Source: Camelus dromedarius
Lineage: Eukaryota
Direction of reading: 5' to 3'
Assembly: GCF_036321535.1 (NCBI RefSeq)
Contig: NC_087436.1
Coordinates: 53,198,001-53,262,000 of the forward strand
Length of the DNA stretch: 64,000 nucleotides
Below, in pieces: positions 52,240 to 64,000 of this stretch. The position numbers were made by a program, and so were the translations under genes. Positions within the stretch are counted from its first letter, which is position 1. Each line of letters opens with the position of its first letter. Below the pieces are notes generated by a model. It did not search any database, was not told where the DNA came from, and saw nothing but the letters and a program-made list of their open reading frames with translations.

Positions 52240-52730
52240 TTTCACTGGTTGTTCCAGCAGCAGTGTTTACAGCAGGACGAGTGTAATAGCCAGAACTGGA
52301 AACTACCCGAATTCCCAGCAGAAGCAGAACGAATGCATTAGTTGGAGTAGTCACACAGCGGAATACCACAGAGCAGTGAAAAGGACTGACCTGTGACTGC
52401 ACAGAACGATCGGGATGAAGCTCCCGGACACAACGTGAGTGAGGGAAGTCTGAATCACAAAGAGTGTAAATTGTACAGTCCCCCATTCTCATGAAATACA
52501 GCAACAGACAAAACCAGTCTACGGCGTCAGGGGGAGCACAATGATCATGGCTGCACAGGGAGCGTGAGGGGAGGGACAGAGGGAGGAAGGCTCTGAGGAC
52601 AGGGAAGATTCTGTGTCCTGAACTGGGTGCTGGTTCCACGTGTGGGTTCAGTTTGTGAAAATCACTGAGCTACACACCACTGATGTGGGCACTCTCCTGT
52701 TTGAATATGATGCCTCAATAAGAAGTTTCT
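52240..52730 (+). mobile_element. Old LINE-1 3' end (L1MC/ME-like), unusually GC-shifted
   Basis: Colinear with L1 3' motifs (taatagccagaactggaaactaccc...ggaatac...ggatgaa...tttgtgaaaatcactgagctacac). Confidence 0.7.
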
Positions 52731-52788
52731 TAAAAGGTCATTTCCTGAGCGCTCCACCCCTCAAACTTACTGAGTCTGAAATTCTGGG

Positions 52789-52884
52789 GGGTTTGGGCAG
52801 ATGTGGGCATAGCTCAGTGGTAGAGTGTGTGCTCAGCATGCATGAGGTTCTGAGTTTAATCCCCAGTATGTCCATTAAAAAAAA
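52789..52884 (+). mobile_element. Short Vic-1-type tRNA-Ala SINE inserted in a MER5-like hAT element
   Basis: catagctcagtggtagagtgtgtgctcagcatgcatgaggttctgagtttaatccccag + A tail. TSD aaattctggg on both sides. Confidence 0.8.
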
Positions 52885-54429
52885 AATTCTGGGAACAGAG
52901 CCTGGGAGTCTGCATTTTAAGCAGGATTCCCCAGCCTCCGGAGGTTTTAATGCCTAGCATCATCTGAAAGCCATTTGTCTGGGAACCTGGAAAACAAAGG
53001 TAGAAATGTAATTTGAATTATTTTTTGAATATAAGTAAATATTTATAAAATTAAAAACATCTTCTTAATCACTTCATTAGTAACTAGTCTTCCTGGTAAT
53101 GTAAAAATGTGACCCAACACAAACTCCTATCTTTTGGCACACGTTTTGCTTTGTTTTTGTTTATTTTAGCTTTCAGGGGCAAAGATGGTAACCTTAAACT
53201 TCTGTCTGATTTTATGGCCAAAAAGATTAATATCTCATGCATTGCACACAGAACAAAGTCAGGAAAGAATTACATCATTCAGGAGAGAGGTGTGTATTAA
53301 TATAATACTCTCCATTTAAAAAAAAAAAGAGGAAGGAGCTTCAATTTTAACTATAATTTACGTAACAATATACATCAGTGTTGTTCCCTTAGATGCCTCT
53401 ATGCCTACATATCTAACCTATAGGGAGTCTATTAAAGTATCACAATAGTCAGTTTTTGTTTTGTTTCCATATTGTATTCTAAATAAAGTATTCTGCTATT
53501 TCCTCTAGCTTTATGTATTCCTAATACACAATGTGCAAATGAGGGGATCCTGGCCTAGTAAGTCTTCAGGTGGATGTGTCTGTATTTCCACATGCACCAT
53601 GAAACTATATAAGCAACACTGTTCTAACCACTCACTTCCTTAGCACCTTGAGACGTTCCCTCTGTGTTTCTCCTATCACCTAGGAAAGGAAAAAATGTAC
53701 TTAAATCTAGAATGCAGAGAAGTGTTCATTTCCAGGCAAATTTTCCTGAATCGTAGCTCCAAAAATTTTTAATCTGCATTCAAACTTAAGGACACCCATT
53801 TTGAAAATTTCCATAGCTGATGTGATGCATAGGAAAGCCTTCAAAACTCTGAGTGACAAGTGCTTGGAGAAGGGAAGCCTCAAAAATGGGAGTCAGTCCC
53901 CATTTTAGTTCTTAGAAGGTAGGAACTATTGTTTTTGCAATTACTGTAGCAGTCTTATCGGCCAAAAAAAGGTAGTGTAAAAATAAGACATGACAAATCT
54001 CTTTCTACCTTGGAATTCTGCTTTCTGTGATGTTGGCTGCACTGACATGGCAGGTCCGTGTGCAGTGAAGACAGACAGGCACATGCAGGATACATACCTA
54101 ACTGCGAAACTGAAGGGTTATGCAGTACTCATGTCCCGCAGCCGCAGGCCACCTTATCTCTGAACTGAGGCGACTCACAGGAGTAACGTGGTCAGGGGAA
54201 GCCAGAATTCTCCTTTGGTTCTGCTCCGGTACACAAAGAGTGGTCAGTTGTGTGTGCCGGGGGGTGAGGCTATAAGTGTATGTCTATGTATACATATGGC
54301 TCATAGGAATATAAACACAATCTTTTATAAATGCTGTGAAAAAATGAAAAGGAAAAATCACCAAGAATAGTAAATGTTGGGTTTTATAATTTTATAAGCA
54401 TCTAGAAGTTATTTTAATCTAGGAAGTAC

Positions 54430-54660
54430 TTAATAGGACTGCATAGAGAAAAAGAAAAAGGTCTTGGATTCAGGGAATCTTGGATTCAAATCCCAGGTTC
54501 AAATTCCAACTTCATCACCTACTGTGGTATAAGCTGCTTTCCTGACCTCCCTGAAGCTCAGTTTCCTCATCTGTAAAATGAGAATAATACTATTTAGTAC
54601 ACTGGGCTGTTTTTGAGATTAGCTGGTCTATTTTAAAAGCATCTACAAAGAGGCCTGGAA
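54430..54660 (+). mobile_element. MIR SINE (another on - strand at about 58150-58350)
   Basis: ctcagtttcctcatctgtaaaatgagaataata core. Confidence 0.75.
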
Positions 54661-55740
54661 AATAATACAGCCTTATTTTGTCCATATCGTAATGCAATAC
54701 TACCTAAATATTGTTCCAGAAGCCTAATGCACTGCTGTCCCCTTTTTTATATTTCAGTGGTAAAAATTGTATTCTTGCTTTCAAAACTTTGATGACAAGG
54801 AGCATGAAGTCTTTCAAGAAAAAGATCTGGAATGTTTGATTCATCGAGGATGTTTGAATCGTTGAGGCACTGTTTGCCAATCACAACAAAATTTTTCCCC
54901 TATTCCTCCATGTAAACTGAATCTGAACTTTTCCCAACAGGCTTCCAGATAACTCAGCCTTTCCCCCCTAGATCATTAGCCCCATCCCGACTACAAACTT
55001 TCTACTCAACCCAAGCCCTCCATTGGCCACATCCCTTAAGGCCATACTTACCACATCCCGCAGTTCTTCCCAGACGCGGGCAGCCTCAGATCCCAATGTG
55101 GCTTCTCCACACTCGGTCACCCCTAGATTTTTTTTTTTCAGTATGCCCTCTCTTACTGGTAGTTACCTCTGAAAAGTGATATATTTTAATAGAGTTCACT
55201 AAAAAAAGTGATTTGTCGCCTTACATCATGCTGTTACTCTCTGTAATTGTAATGACGTTACACATTTCTTTATGACATTCAGAAAATGACTTGATAAAAA
55301 TGAAAACTTGTGAAGGGAGGAAAGATGGAAAAAAGAAGTGCATCTCACAGAGTAAGCATATTCATTTTGGTTGTTTATATTTGTTATCTACGTAGCTTCT
55401 AATCTGACCCTTGTCTTAAGAGTAAAGTTCTTTAAAGTTATTAAGAAAGAATTCTAAAATCTGAAGATGTAAAATCATTAATATGCAGCTAAAGTTTTCA
55501 GGCATGCCACACTGCAAGATATACCATTATAAAATAATGATTAATTAATTCAACAAGCATTTATTGGGTGTCTGTGGTACCTCCTCTGCACCAAGTCACA
55601 TATTCCTTGTAAGATGGCACACAGGGACAGCACATTCTTAGTTTAGAAGCAAGTGGTTTCCCATGAAAGAAGATTTCTTAGGTGCTTATTTATGCAGCAG
55701 AGGGATGGTAAAACACAGTGAGCAAGAGTATGGGTTTTGC

Positions 55741-56310
55741 TAATGTTCATATCAGCACTATTTACAATAGTCAAGACATGGAAGCAACCTAAATGTCCAT
55801 CAACAGATGACTGGATAAAGAAGCTGTGGTATTTATATACAAAGGAATACTACTCAGCCATAAAAAAGAATGAAATAATGCCATTTGCAGCAACATAGAT
55901 GGACCTAGAGATGATCATACTAAGTGAAGTAAGTCAGAGAAAGACAAGTACCATATGATATCACTTATTTGTGGAATCTTTCAAAAAATTGCACAAATAA
56001 AATTATTTACAAAACAGAAAGAGACTCAGAGACATAGATAACAAACTTATGGTTACCAAAGGGGGACATGGGGGAGAGGGGGGATAAATTGGGAGTTCGA
56101 GGTTTGCAGATACAAATTACTATATACAGTAATATATATACAGAACAGGTAAACAAGGTCCTACTGTAGAGCACAGGGAACTATATTCAATGCCTTGCAA
56201 TAACCTATAATGAGAAAGAATATATATATGGATGTATAACTGAATCACTATACTGTACACCAGAAACTAACCCACTATTGTAAATCAACAATTCTTCCAT
56301 TAAAAAATAA
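55741..56310 (+). mobile_element. 5'-truncated LINE-1 3' end (artiodactyl-type) inserted in a MIR
   Basis: aatgttcatatcagcactatttacaatag...gccatttgcagcaaca. TSD aagag(ta/cg)tggg(t/c)tttgc. Confidence 0.9.
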
Positions 56311-58565
56311 AAGAGCGTGGGCTTTGCAGCCAGGCAGAGGGATTTATATTCCAGTTCCAATACTACCTGTGTGATTGGGGGTTAAGTTACTTCACTGCTG
56401 AGGCTTCAGTCTCATCTGTTAACTGTACATAATAAAACTATTAGCCTCAGAAATCCTTCAGATTTAATGTGATAATGCACAATGTCTGGAGCATAGTGAA
56501 TATGCTAATTTTTTTATGAAAAAAGATGGAAGAGTACTTTTATTACGGAAGCGCCTGAGCACACATGCTGTCGGTGCCAGCAGGGGCTGGGGGAGAACTG
56601 AGCCCTGCAACTCCAGTGCCCCTTCCCCTGCCTCCAGTGCCCATCCGTCTCAAACGGCTTAAAAAAGAATCTGCAAAAAAAATTACAGTAATAAATTTTT
56701 TTTAAAAATCTGCAACAGCATGGATGGACCTGGAAGTATTATGCTTAGTGACATCAGACAGAGAAAGACAAATGTATGTTATCAGTTATACGTGGACTCT
56801 AAAAAAAAAACAAAATTTAAAAATAATAATCAAATAAATTGAAAAAAAACAGTTTAAGGATCTCACCAATGATTTTGTTCTGGATTCCAAACTTTCCATC
56901 TCTCCCCCAACACAATTACCTGCGAAATAAATCATTTCTTCATCTCATAACTCCCATTAAAAACAACAAATTCAGCAAACCCGGCCTTAACCCACCCATC
57001 CCCAACAACAGGTCTAATTCCCTACTGAACCCTGTACACTTTTGAATCCCTGTGTCATCCAATAAAATAAATAACACTTCCGATGTGCATAGTTCCCTGA
57101 GACCTTCCGTGTACTGCAACGTATCACAGGTTACCAAGCTCCTAAAACACGCAAAATATTTGTTCAGTTAAAGGCTTGTCTCTATCTTTTGAGACAGCTC
57201 ACTAAACTACAAATTAAACATGTCATTTTTCATTAACCTACAGAGGTGTATGTTCCTAAATCTTTTTAAACTTGGCCTTCTTCTCAACAACAAACTCACA
57301 CAGGGTCCACGTTTGCTCTTGGGAAGAGACGCGGACTTGCCACATTCCTGCACGCCCTCCACCTGCCCAGAGTGAAGATGAGGCTGCCAGGTGGGGCAGG
57401 GAGGTGGTGTGTACAGCACAGAAGCTGAAGTGACAGCCAGGCCTGGGCTCATCACTATTGGTCAAGCCTAATTCCAGGCATTACCCAGGTGTCCAGGAAA
57501 TTAAGGAGGAGGAAATGGTGTCCAATACAGACGAAGATCATATCCAAGCAAATCAATCACGGAATGGCTGTAAAAATCCAAAATAATGCCCAGTATTTAG
57601 CCTACAGATATTCATAACAGTGTTGATTTTTATAGCAAACACACAAATGAAATAAAAGAGGGCACCGATTAGATACTCGTAGGTAAAGCTACAGAACGGT
57701 ATGCAATAGCATGGCAGATGCTCGCTGTTGTTACGTGAAAAGAACAGCTTATAGAACAGTGAGAACAGTAGAACCCTATACATTTTTTTAAATAAATATT
57801 TATGAAACAGATATCCAAAAATTCCCTGAACTTCAGGGTCACCAATTGAACTAACAATAGTTGAAATTTCCATTCCATTAGGTTGTCAACAAGTCTAGAT
57901 GTTTTTTTCCAGTTTCCCTTTCATCTGAGGGGTCACTAAGTAATTCTAAAAGTATTTCACAGAAGATACCTGTTTTCCCTTGTCCCTTTGGCGAGCCCCT
58001 CCCCTCACCACAGGCTGTTAGCCTGGGCTCCTCTGCGGGTCACTTCCTGCCATTTCCTGACCAGCTTCTCCAGGCTGCACCCAATCTCCCAGGGCTCTGG
58101 CCCCAAGTGTAACAGACACTCCCAGTACTAATTAAAAAGCAAACATTATCACACTTTCTATGCCCCAATTACTATCCTAAGCACTTTATATTTCTCCTTC
58201 ACAAAGCCATACGAGGATGCTATTACTAACACTGCTTTATAGACGAGGAAACTGAGGCACCAAAGACTCAGAACTTGGCCACACAGCTGGAAAATAGCTG
58301 AGTCAGGATTCACAGCCCAGGGTTCTGGCTCAAAGGCTCTGCTCTTATCTGAGAAGCTACCATGTCCGCACTGATTCCCCAGTGCATGGAACTGGGTGGT
58401 GATCGCCAATAAAATGTGACCAAGGGTGAGAAAGAACAGGAGGGAGTTGAATTGAAGGAAACATAAAACTGAATTTTGCATCTCATGGCACCTTAATGGC
58501 CAGTATAATCTTCACCCCACAGTCATGATCTACCCCAGGGCCTGGCCCACATCTCCCCACCCCTA

Positions 58566-58568
<3 letters not shown>

Positions 58569-58596
<28 letters not shown>
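58569..58596. repeat. (AC)14 microsatellite
   Basis: Seen directly. Confidence 0.95.
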
Positions 58597-58601
<5 letters not shown>

Positions 58602-58729
58602 GTCCCCAGAGGGCATCGTGTGGACCGTATTTCCAGTAACCTCGGTCCAGGTCCAACCTCCCGTCTGTGAGGCCAGACAGAGGGTGGCTCTTACCCTGAT
58701 ACTTGGGATTGGCCTCCCAGTCAACATAA

Positions 58730-59062
58730 GGATAAAGAAGGTTCTAGAGAAGGATCTTTCTTTGCTTCTTTCAATTTTTGGTGGCTCCAGGCATTCCTTA
58801 ACTGCAACTGCTTGACTCCAATCTCTGCCTCTGTTTTCACAGGACCTTCTCCATCTCTCTGTGTATCTCCTCTGTGAGTCACTTATGAGTTGTCATTGGA
58901 TTTAGGACCTACATGAATAATCGAGGATGATTTTATCATGAGATCCTTAGCTTAATTACCCCTGTAAAGACCCTTTTCCCAAATAAGGTCACATTCATAG
59001 GTTCCAAGGGATTAGGATACAGACACATCTTTCGTTGAATGGGGCCACCATTCAACCCAGTA
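58730..59062 (-). mobile_element. MLT1 MaLR LTR fragment
   Basis: ccaatctctgcctct...cccaaataaggtcacattcataggttcc...cattcaacccagtac. Confidence 0.7.
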
Positions 59063-59845
59063 CGAGGTGATTGTAGCAGCATGGAGCTTTTAAACAGGAT
59101 ACTGTGGCAAGAGAATCAGTGCGTGAGCGTGTGTGTGCATGTGCATAAGAGTTAAAGTAATCTAGGAGTCTATTTCTAGTGTTCGCAGCTGAAACTCAGC
59201 TAACATAAGCAAGTTACCCAGAGTTACACAGAGAGCTGGTGGCAGAACTGGTCCCATATTTGGAATAACCAAGAGGAATGCTACGTCATCAGCCTGGGGA
59301 AGCTGAGAGCTTCGCAAAATTCAGGCTTTCATGAATAAGCTATTTGTTTCTCATGCTCCTAGTCCCTCATCTGAATAAAAGGGAAAAAAACAATGGAAAT
59401 GCTTTTTCAGTTTCTTGGGGAAATTTAGGATGGATGAGCTTACTTCAGATCACCAGCCAACAACACAGAAAAGGGGAGATAAAACATTTACTTTTTCCAG
59501 CTTTGGGATCTGATTACTTTCAGTTCCTATCAGGTGTTCTCCCTAAATATTCATCACTGTGAGAACTCAAAATGGACTGCTTCTCAACTATTCTCCTGGA
59601 TGTGAGAAGAAATACTCCATTCATTAGAAGAGGTGCTATACATTTGATGTTTAAGTGTTTATAAAAAAAAAACGAAAGAGCATTCTCTGTCATTTGCATA
59701 CCCACATTGTATATTTCACAGATAATGAGAGGTTAGGGTGATAGTTTGTTTCTGATTTGTTGTAGTTAAGGAAAAATTGCTATAGGTTATAAAAAGGGGG
59801 GAAAGGAGTATTGGTGTGCCCATTTTAAAAATAGCTAATTATATA

Positions 59846-60191
59846 TATTTCATTTATAGTGGTTGGTATCTGCAAATTCTGAACTCCCATTTTATCCCTT
59901 CCCACCCACTTCTCCTCCTGGTAATAACCATGAGTTTACTTTCTGTGTCTGTGAGTTTGTTTCTGTTTTGTAAATAAGTTCATTTGTGTCCTTTCTTTTT
60001 AGTTTCCACATATAAGCGATATCCTATGGAACTGTATAGCATAGGCAGCTATATTCAATATCTTGTTGTAACCTATAATGAAAAGGAATATATATGTGTA
60101 TATGTATGACTGAAACATGTCGTACACCAGAAGTTGACACAGCATTGTAAACTGACTACAATTCAATTATTTTTTAAGTTAAAACTATTTC
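59846..60191 (+). mobile_element. LINE-1 3'UTR insertion with 5' inversion (twin priming)
   Basis: 59846-60029 is antisense and 60030-60191 is sense L1 3'UTR, by comparison with the copy at 55950-56310. Confidence 0.8.
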
Positions 60192-60369
60192 TAAAAACCC
60201 AGCCAATTATATACTATCTAAACTTGTCAGAAGGATATTTCAGGGTGGTTTTGTTTTTGTTTTTGTTTTGGATTCAAGATTGTTTTCAAACTAATGTTGC
60301 TAATCCAACTCTACCAATTCCTCTGGAAGAGATTTTTATTCCCGTCACAAAGTTAAAGTGCCATGTTTA

Positions 60370-60383
60370 CCACTAGGTGGCGC
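60370..60383 (+). promoter_or_regulatory. CTCF consensus motif CCACTAGGTGGCGC
   Basis: Exact match to CCASYAGRKGGCRS in non-repetitive sequence, CpG retained. Confidence 0.65.
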
Positions 60384-63300
60384 CAACATGCTATAGAGAG
60401 ACTTGGCCCGGGTCCGCTTGGGGGAAAGGAGCCTGAGTGGAAGCCTTTAGTAAGAGGCAGGAACTGCTGTAGTCATTCAGTTCCCTAAACTAATAAACCC
60501 TTTAGAAGGAAAAACTCAGCGAAGACTTAGGTATAGTCCTTTCAGTAAGAGACTCTTGATAAGCTGGAACATCTGCAGTAGATTGCTTTCACTAGTGGAC
60601 CTGACATTCTCCATCTCGGCACAGCCATTTACTAGCAGTGATCTTCAGTTTCCTCTTCATTAAAGGTGAGCTATAAATGCTTATAATATTATATCCCAGG
60701 ATAAGCAGAATGGACAATAAAAATAATATTTCTACAAAAATGCCTTAAAAACTCAAAGTGCTAGAGAACCATGGCTACCATTGACTCCTCAGTTGTTATT
60801 TCAGGATGACAACATGGACAAACATGATTCTCAGTCCCAGGTGTACCAAAGAATTACTTGGGGATTTCTGTTTTTCCTGGAAAGCTTTCCAGATATATGG
60901 CTAGAATCCACCCTCTATGCTAGCTCAATAAATATTTACTGTATGCACATGAATACATGAATGAACAAATACATAGAACAAGTATGGAGGTGATGAGAAC
61001 TAAGGGTCTGCCCAGAGACAGACTCTTCTGCCTGGATTGGGCACTGGCCCCGAGAAAGCACAGGCAAGCTCCCAGCAGTGACAGCCACTGTGCTTCCAGA
61101 AAAGTGGCAGTCTGGGTAGCTGCAGTAACTCTGAAGGACCTGGATACGAATAGACCATGTGCAGAGGTCAGTAGATTGAGAGTTTCCCCAGAGAATGCTG
61201 AGTTTATTAATATCTGGCACCAGGATTCTATACCCAAGTTGAAAACACAGCGTCTACTTCTAATCTATGGCTGGTAATCCTAGGGGAAAAGCTAGCATCC
61301 TAGACCTAGGATTTCCTAAGTATTTGCTTCCTTTGAAGGCTGGTAAGATTGGTCTCTGTGTGGCTAGGGACCAGAGGAGGGCCACAGGGTGACCTCTGCC
61401 CAAGACAGCACAGGTGCCCCTTGGGCAGCTTCATTCCTGCCAAGCGCTGACACACAGCCAGCTCTACCATATGTGGAATAACCATGAAGGTCCAGAGAGC
61501 TAGACATTCTGGCCCAGCCCAGCCAAAACAAAACAAAAGTCTAGCTCTTATTTTTTAGAGATGGTCTCGGCATTCATAAGGAAAACTAAAAATTTACAGA
61601 ATTCCTTTAACTAACAATGGCATCACTGACCACATGATCTAAATTTGTTTCCTGTGTGAATGTACTGGGGGGAATTTACCTTTGCAGTGCGGTGCACATT
61701 TACCTGTGTGTAAAGCCAGACTCTATTTTACTATCCGTGGCAGTGAAATAGAGCAGGTATCTGAAATCTCTCATACCCAGTTTTTTTAATGCCTTCCTCA
61801 AAGGGTCATTATAAGTTTTCAATGAAAAAAACCCACGTAAATTGATCATATATTAGAATCTGGCAGGTAGTAGGGGTACTCTTGCCCCCATCTCCAGGAC
61901 CATCTCCCTAATATGTCCTGAAATAGCAAACCTATTGGCATTATTATAATGGATTGTGGGTCCATTCTGATTAATTGGTGCCCATGCCTTTCAGATTTGA
62001 TAAGTATTTTGAATATTACATCTGTCCATCATGTTCCTTGTGCAGAATCTGTTCAAAGTCACAGTGCCAAGCATCGTAAACTAATCAATTATAAAATTAT
62101 AAATGGGTATCTAGTTTACTAATTCTTCATGGGTGTGATTCATGTGAATCAGCCTTCAGAATCTGATCAAACGAATACTAATAACATAAAATCAAGTTCT
62201 TAAACTTGCAAAGCTGAGAAGTTTCTAGACCCAAGGTAACCTCATCATACTAGAGTCCCATGGAGATGGGATTCAACATTATCCTGGATCTACTCTCCAA
62301 CCATCTTAAAGATAATTTAAAACACAAGGAGTGGCTGTGTGGAGCAGCAGACCGGGAAATAGCTGCTTCACTGTGACAGCGGCATTCCCATTGTGCCCGG
62401 AAGGCCCAGACAGCCATGAAGCTGTTACCGGTTCCAGAAGATGGAAGAAAAGAGTTGAAGAGTTGATTAATGTTGTGACTTTTCTATAATTTAAGATTGT
62501 ACTTCTTCTTCCTTTCTTTCACCTTCCTCACCCATCCCTGCAAAAACTCCCACATTTTAAGGTTAATGTTATATGATTATTTGAGAAGACTTAGACCCCC
62601 AACATACTGAGATATGTGGATCCAAGCCTGGCTTCCCATTCCCAGCAGCCAGTAACAGCAGTTCACTGGAGTGGATGAAGGAAATCACAGTGATGTCTGC
62701 AGGCTCCAGCCTAGGTGTCTATGTCTTAGCGATCCCTTGCATTTTCAATGACCAGTTCTTATGCTTCTGTCCCTGATGATACTAAGGTTAGCCTGACCTT
62801 TCCAACAATGCAGGAGTTTGCTTGGTATTACTTGCCAGATGACTCTGCCCTTTTAATGATAAGTAGCTCAAAAACTTTGTTAACCAATTTCATATTGAAA
62901 TTTTTCCTTTTTCTGAGACCAAAATAGTCTTAAGAGTTGCATGCATGTTTCTACTTTTATGCTTTAGAAAACACAGGCAGTTCTTTCTCCCTCCCACAAA
63001 AGCCCAGAGGAATCTCCTCTTCTTCCTCAACTTCCAGTATAAACAGGTCAAAGAAAAACCACAAGAGTTGAGGTGGGGGCCCACTGGGACCTACCGCATT
63101 GCTGCAGCCCAGGGTTCTTCTGAGAGTTCCCTCTGAACACAGAGTGGTCTTGGGCAATGGAGAAGTGGTCTGCGACTACATCTGGTGCTAACATTCCAGA
63201 ATCCTACACCATGTTTTACCAAGACAAGCCCTGAGGGGAACTGTGGGAATAGATGCAAAGGGAGAACAAATCAATGAACTTGACTTAATGACAGCAAGGC

Positions 63301-64000
63301 CTCCCAGAGCCACCTTGGCTTTCTTTCCAAGGCCATGATCCTGCCTTCCAGACCTCAGGCAGCTCTCTTCCAGTTGCTGTGATGGTTTGTGGCCTGTCCT
63401 CTGCAAGAAGCAACCCATAAGCTCGTGTTTGTACTGAAGAACTGCTGGGTCTTGGCGCCTTGGAGTTACTTTTAGCTTGTCCTCAGCAAGATACACACCA
63501 AAACCAATTTCACTGTGTGTGTGGGTATGTTTAAAGGGTAGCTTAAAGGGAACAAAACAACTTGGGTTTATACTTTTTCCACAATTCCTGACCTTGAACA
63601 GAAATTCTCCTCAACCAGCACAGTCGGTTGGTGGGATAAGTACAGTGGAGAGTGTATGTGGAACAGATGTGAAGCCCTTGCCTTATGAAAAATCTGCCTT
63701 GGAGTCTTTTCTTAGCCAGGGTGTGCAAGCAGAAGAAAATTTTCTGAAAATGCCAAATATAATCTCAGACAGCAATTCTGAAAGCTGGCACAATGCGCCT
63801 GAAAAAGGATTAGCTGAATCTCCACCTGCCAGGGCAGAGCTCCTGAAACCCCATCTTAACCCTGCTTTTCCAGCAGGGCCCCTCCTCGTGCGGCCAGGCA
63901 GAGCGAGAGATTAAAGAGTGGGTCGCAGCTGGTTGTTGGACTTACCACCTGAGTTTGTAGTGTTTGAAGGCCAGAATAAAACTCCACCCTTAAGGACTGG

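Noticed and set aside
56830..57060. C/A-rich, G-poor stretch resembling a mitochondrial insertion (NUMT)
   Set aside because: I could not match any frame to a recalled mitochondrial gene. Compositional skew alone is insufficient. BLAST to mtDNA would settle it.
62890..63914. Several ORFs up to 145 aa near the window end
   Set aside because: No recognisable homology, mostly non-ATG starts, no consistent exon structure. Not ADH7-like.

Overview
Mammalian nuclear genomic DNA, most likely camelid, judging by three tRNA-Ala-derived Vic-1-type SINEs. It is syntenic to the human 4q23 TRMT10A-C4orf17 interval. The + strand carries the last six coding exons of TRMT10A (tRNA m1G9 methyltransferase; 1658-9015; earlier exons lie outside the window). 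The - strand carries a complete, convergent, eight-coding-exon C4orf17 orthologue (43243 to 24189; 1065 nt, 354 aa, all GT-AG, phases consistent). Most of the rest is interspersed repeat: nested L1s, an ERV1/LTR cluster, MLT1 LTRs, MIR/L2, hAT and Tigger MITEs. Almost all listed ORFs are spurious or L1 remnants. I see no new multi-gene system. The most unusual item is an L1 in a C4orf17 intron whose body was replaced by an inverted copy of about 210 bp of local DNA from 7 kb away, creating inverted repeats that bracket two coding exons. Also notable: an unidentified poly(A)/TSD retrocopy, a twin-priming L1 inversion, GC-shifted old repeats suggestive of GC-biased gene conversion, a consensus CTCF site and RFX/CRE motifs. 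Protein and repeat-family names come from recall, not database searches. Repeat boundaries are approximate.
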